Positions 60,054-64,000 of a DNA stretch of 64,000 nt are shown piece by piece. The notes below the pieces were generated by a model. The model was not told where the DNA came from and ran no database searches. It was given only the letters and a program-made list of their open reading frames with translations. Location: assembly GCA_050287845.1 (NCBI GenBank), contig JBNKCR010000071.1:20926-84925 (forward strand), read 5' to 3'. Within the stretch, counting starts at the first letter, position 1, and every line of letters begins with the position of its first letter. The stretch is from Polyangia bacterium. Lineage in GTDB: Bacteria; Myxococcota_A; Polyangia; JAAYKL01. The position numbers and the translations under genes are program-made.

Positions 60054-61127
60054 TTGGGTACAAAATATTCAAATAAGAAGATATTTCATTTTCAGGATAA
60101 GTTGGATTCCCTCCCAGAGGAAACCGGGGAAATACTTGCGCCGATACACGTCAGAATAAAGCCCACCAACTATTGCAATCACAAATGTTCCTACTGCGCC
60201 TATCGCGACACAAATCTTCATGTGTTTGGCAAAGACGATGTTGTTCGAACAATGATTCCAAAGCAGAAGATGATGGAGATTATTGATGACATCGTTGATA
60301 TGGGGATTAAAGCGGTCACGTTCAGCGGCGGCGGCGAACCGTTTATGTACCCTCACATGACCGAAACAGTGCAAAGATTGGCCGAATCGCCAGTAAAATT
60401 TGCCAGCTTAACCAACGGTTCACTTGTGAAAGGTGACGTCGCAGAAATATTTGCCCGCCATGGCAGCTGGTTAAGAGTGTCAATGGACGGCTGGGATGAT
60501 GAGAGTTATACCCGGTACCGCGGTGTTAAAATCGGTGAATTTTCAAAAGTGATGACAAATCTGAAGCAGTTCAAACAATACAATGGCCCCTGTTATCTGG
60601 GTGTTAGCTACATTATCGACCATCGCAATGCTGAACATGTGTATGACTTTTTATCGAAGATTAAAGATGTTGGGGTTAACAGCGTTAAAATGTCAGCCTG
60701 TCTTGTGAGCGATAAACAAAATGACAACAACAATTATCATCAGCCGTTTTTCAAAACAGTATCGCAACAAATCGACAAGGCGGTTACCACTCTCCAGGAT
60801 AGCGAGTTTGAGATTTTTAACGCATACCAGGATTCCAATGAAAAATTTGAAAAGACGTACAACTGGTGCCCTTATATACAGATTTTGCCAATTATTGGGG
60901 CAGATCTGAACATCTATACCTGTCCGGACAAGGCCTATAATCTAGAGTATGGGCGAGTGGGATCAATTAAGGACCGAAGCTTTAAAGAATTCTGGTTTGA
61001 TGGCAAAGAAAAGTTTTTTAAAACGAATCCATCCATTCACTGCAATCACCACTGTGAAACCAATCCCAAAAACATCATGATTCATAACTATCTGGATGCG
61101 GATGTAGACCATTTGGAATTTGTTTAG
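60054..61127 (+). CDS. Radical SAM protein with SPASM/twitch domain
   Basis: CNHKCSYC, SGGGEP, TNG, CPY...GADLNIYTC...GS...CNHHC. TTG start. Confidence 0.9.
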   Translation: MGTKYSNKKIFHFQDKLDSLPEETGEILAPIHVRIKPTNYCNHKCSYCAYRDTNLHVFGKDDVVRTMIPKQKMMEIIDDIVDMGIKAVTFSGGGEPFMYPHMTETVQRLAESPVKFASLTNGSLVKGDVAEIFARHGSWLRVSMDGWDDESYTRYRGVKIGEFSKVMTNLKQFKQYNGPCYLGVSYIIDHRNAEHVYDFLSKIKDVGVNSVKMSACLVSDKQNDNNNYHQPFFKTVSQQIDKAVTTLQDSEFEIFNAYQDSNEKFEKTYNWCPYIQILPIIGADLNIYTCPDKAYNLEYGRVGSIKDRSFKEFWFDGKEKFFKTNPSIHCNHHCETNPKNIMIHNYLDADVDHLEFV

Positions 61128-61177
61128 TCAGAAGTCAGAGCGTAATTCAGTTTTGGTGTGCCGGCTACGCTGGTGTT

Positions 61178-62251
61178 TTATTTCTTCTCAAACAAATAGT
61201 AATTGCTCAGGTCCTGTATTTTTTCAACGAGAGGAATCCATTCATATTCGTTTAACAACTGTGATTTGCAAGTTGAGACACAGCGAAATCCAAACGACGC
61301 CACATAATGGACAAACTCATCGGTTGACCAGGATGACTGATGAATGAAAACAGCATCTGGATATTTTTTGCCGGCGATACGAATCATTCGTTTTGTCGCT
61401 TCGCCTGGCCCGTCTGCCTTTCGAACGTGAGTTAATTCCTCATCTGTCAAAATAACCGGACCGATATAGTCTTCAATATTCGGATTCGTCTCAAACAGAG
61501 TGGAACGGGCTGATAGATCAATACTTGCGAGAATGCACAGTGCGCGATTTTCACGCGAGTTTTGTACCCCGTACCGGGCCCATGGACCTACCAGATTTTT
61601 AAAGTTCCAGTTGTCCATCGACAAAATGTCGCTGCTTTCCAAGTTGGTTTTCCAGGCATTAAAAACGCTGTCAAAGTCGGGAAGCACGATGAGCATTTTT
61701 CCACCGTCAACCAGACAACGCTCAGACTCCTGCATGACTCTGTCAATCACCAGGCTTTCTAAATGCTCGAAACAGTGAGATGAATACACCAATTCGATTG
61801 ATTTATCCGCTGGGGGAAAACGACACGCCGCAGTCAATTGAAACGGATACAAATAGCTGCCAGAGCTCTCCAGATTGAGCCAATTATCATAGTGAAAAAA
61901 GTAGCCACCGCCCACATTGATAAATCTCGGTTCGCAAGGGTAATCCAGAGAAGAAAACACCGGATTATTTTGTTCTGCCAAAACATACGCATAAGTTCGC
62001 GAAGGCCGAATCCCGCGACTCTTCAGAATTCTGAACACTTCGCCGTAGTCGTGTGCAACGATAAAGACCTTTTCATCGTTATAGTGTTCAAGGGCTTCAT
62101 CAAGCGAATACAGCGGCTTTCCCATGAAGCGGCCGGTCACGGTCGAATGATAACTGACGAAGAAAAACTTTATGCTGTCCAGGTGAAGCGAACCCTCACT
62201 GATAGCCATATTCGTATTATTGCCTACACCAAAAACGACAATTTCGTCCAT
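61178..62251 (-). CDS. Methyltransferase-domain protein with N-terminal Rossmann-like module
   Basis: IVVFGVG N-domain. INVGGG...WLNL...VYSSHCFEHL...L..GG...I.LPD. Confidence 0.7.
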   Translation of the reverse strand: MDEIVVFGVGNNTNMAISEGSLHLDSIKFFFVSYHSTVTGRFMGKPLYSLDEALEHYNDEKVFIVAHDYGEVFRILKSRGIRPSRTYAYVLAEQNNPVFSSLDYPCEPRFINVGGGYFFHYDNWLNLESSGSYLYPFQLTAACRFPPADKSIELVYSSHCFEHLESLVIDRVMQESERCLVDGGKMLIVLPDFDSVFNAWKTNLESSDILSMDNWNFKNLVGPWARYGVQNSRENRALCILASIDLSARSTLFETNPNIEDYIGPVILTDEELTHVRKADGPGEATKRMIRIAGKKYPDAVFIHQSSWSTDEFVHYVASFGFRCVSTCKSQLLNEYEWIPLVEKIQDLSNYYLFEKK

Positions 62252-62530
62252 CTTGCCCCCATGACCAGCCAGAAATTTGTATACGTATTTTTTTAAACAG
62301 ATACTCTTTTCAACAGACAACAATAATATAAAACACAAACAGAATTTGCCACGAAAAGTTTTAGTTGCCTGGGTTTTTTTGAAGAAAGATGAGGGGACGC
62401 ACAATGGTGTTGGGAATCGATTTTAAGGGACTGGTAAAGCGTATGTCATACTTTTAATACAGTGAACATAACACAGAGAGCAATGACACATTCTGTGTAA
62501 CACGCGATAAGGACATAAGGATGAAGATAA

Positions 62531-63751
62531 ATGAAAACGGATAGTCCTTTGCAGGAATACGATTTTGTTGTTATCGGGGGAGGCATCGTCGGCGTCGCAA
62601 CCGCGTTGCAAATTATTCGCACGTTTAGCGATGCCCGGGTACTGGTGGTTGAAAAAGAAGACAGACTCGCGTCTCATCAGACAGGGCACAACTCCGGTGT
62701 CATTCACTCCGGTGTGTATTACATGCCGGGCAGTCTCAAGTCCCGTCTGTGCAAAGAGGGCGCCGCAGAGACATACCGCTTTTGCAGGCAGTACAATATA
62801 CCGGTTGCACAATGCGGTAAGCTGTTGGTCGCTACTGGTGAATTGGAATGTGAGCGTTTGAGTGCGCTTGAAGAGAGATGTATTCAAAATGAAATTGAGT
62901 TTCATCGGCTCTCCCGCTATGAACTGCAGCAAAAGGAACCGAATGTGGTTGGAGACGGTGCTCTTTTTATTCCTGGTACAGGAATTACCGACTACGTAAA
63001 GATTACCCGAAAAATGGCAGAGCTCTTTGTCTCCCATGGGGGACAAATTGAATTGGGTTATGCTGTATCGCAAATTAAAGAATCACAGCCGGGAGTTGAT
63101 TTTGTTATTGGCAATAGCCGACGCCGTACCAGGTATTTGGTCGCCTGCGGGGGCTTAATGTCCGATAGAATCGCACGCACAATGCATACAAATATTAACT
63201 ACAGAATTGTCCCGTTTAGAGGTGAATACTATGAAATTCAATCGCCCCGGCATCACAGAATCAATCATCTGATATACCCTGTACCGGACCCCGAGCTACC
63301 CTTCTTAGGGGTACACCTTACTAAAACCATTGACCACCGGGTGACTGTTGGTCCCAATGCGGTGCTCGGATGGAAGCGAGAGGGATATCAACGTATTAAT
63401 CTGAATTTAAAGGATGCGTGGGATATTCTGACATTTTCAGGTTTCTGGTCGTTTTACCGCAAATACCGGGACGTCGGGTTTCGGGAATTCGGTGACTCGT
63501 TATTTAAACGGCGATACCTGCAGCGTGTAAAAAAATTCTGTCCCGCGCTATGTGTTTCTGATTTGGTTACGTATCCCGCCGGAATACGGGCGCAGGCCCT
63601 CAATGGGGACGGAACTATGGTCCATGATTTTCTGTTCTGCGAAACTGAGCATTCTCTCCACGTGTGCAATGCCCCGTCACCCGCGGCGACTTCGGCTATA
63701 CCCATTGCATCACATATCGTTAATCAGGTTAAAGAAAAATTCAAACTCTAA
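62531..63751 (+). CDS. lhgO: L-2-hydroxyglutarate oxidase
   Basis: IGGGIVG, HQTGHNSGVIHSG.YY.PGSLK, PFRGEY, IYPVPDP..PFLGVH, GIRAQA, HVCNAPSPAATS. Confidence 0.9.
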   Translation: MKTDSPLQEYDFVVIGGGIVGVATALQIIRTFSDARVLVVEKEDRLASHQTGHNSGVIHSGVYYMPGSLKSRLCKEGAAETYRFCRQYNIPVAQCGKLLVATGELECERLSALEERCIQNEIEFHRLSRYELQQKEPNVVGDGALFIPGTGITDYVKITRKMAELFVSHGGQIELGYAVSQIKESQPGVDFVIGNSRRRTRYLVACGGLMSDRIARTMHTNINYRIVPFRGEYYEIQSPRHHRINHLIYPVPDPELPFLGVHLTKTIDHRVTVGPNAVLGWKREGYQRINLNLKDAWDILTFSGFWSFYRKYRDVGFREFGDSLFKRRYLQRVKKFCPALCVSDLVTYPAGIRAQALNGDGTMVHDFLFCETEHSLHVCNAPSPAATSAIPIASHIVNQVKEKFKL

Positions 63752-63951
63752 ATAAATCGATTGGGGGAATATGATAGTTTACCTTAATGTTGTAATAAAT
63801 GATGAAATGAAACGCGCAAGGGTACACCAGTTGTAGCTTCGCGGCGATTTTTATGGATTAAGAGCTATTCGAGGTGTACCAATTTCGAAAACGAGACGAT
63901 GCAACAATTCGGATACAGAATTAAGTTGGGCCAGTAATTTAGGGAAACAGA

Positions 63952-63999
63952 GCCGCTGTGGTGAGGAACGAGCGTAGCGAGTGTCTCGAACCGCGCGGC
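63952..63999. repeat. REP-like imperfect palindrome
   Basis: GCCGC-TGTGGT-GAGG..GAGCGTAGCGAG..CTCGA-ACCGC-GCGGC forms a GC-rich hairpin in AT-rich context. Only one copy is visible. Confidence 0.4.
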
Positions 64000-64000
64000 G

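Overview
Bacterial genomic window with no rRNA, transposase, integrase or CRISPR array seen. Gene content suggests a Myxococcota/deltaproteobacterial-type Gram-negative organism (inference from Asp-rich lipoproteins, a Ser/Thr kinase and a CFI-box protein plus beta-barrel pair). The left part (1 to about 34.8 kb) is GC-richer. It holds housekeeping and signalling genes (GGDEF protein, orphan trpB, NSS transporter, hrpB, MCP, tRNA-CAT, ychF, truA, dnaJ, prmC, kinase), a cluster of three glycoside-hydrolase lipoproteins (GH62, DUF4091/GH123-like, GH9; two carry long DT/DS linkers) and a TetR-controlled DUF362/MBL operon with two visible operators. The right part (about 34.9-63.8 kb) is a visibly AT-richer glycan-biosynthesis island of soluble enzymes: pseF/pseI, two GT2s, a sulfotransferase, heptose-type activation enzymes, a DmpF/DmpG pair, a YerE-like ThDP enzyme, an orphan E1 alpha/beta pair, C- and O-methyltransferases, two radical SAM enzymes, a TIGR04372-like GT and LhgO. 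The best candidate for an undescribed system is a pathway in this island for a higher-carbon, branched, heavily modified nucleotide sugar. All calls come from motif recognition by eye; no database searches were run.
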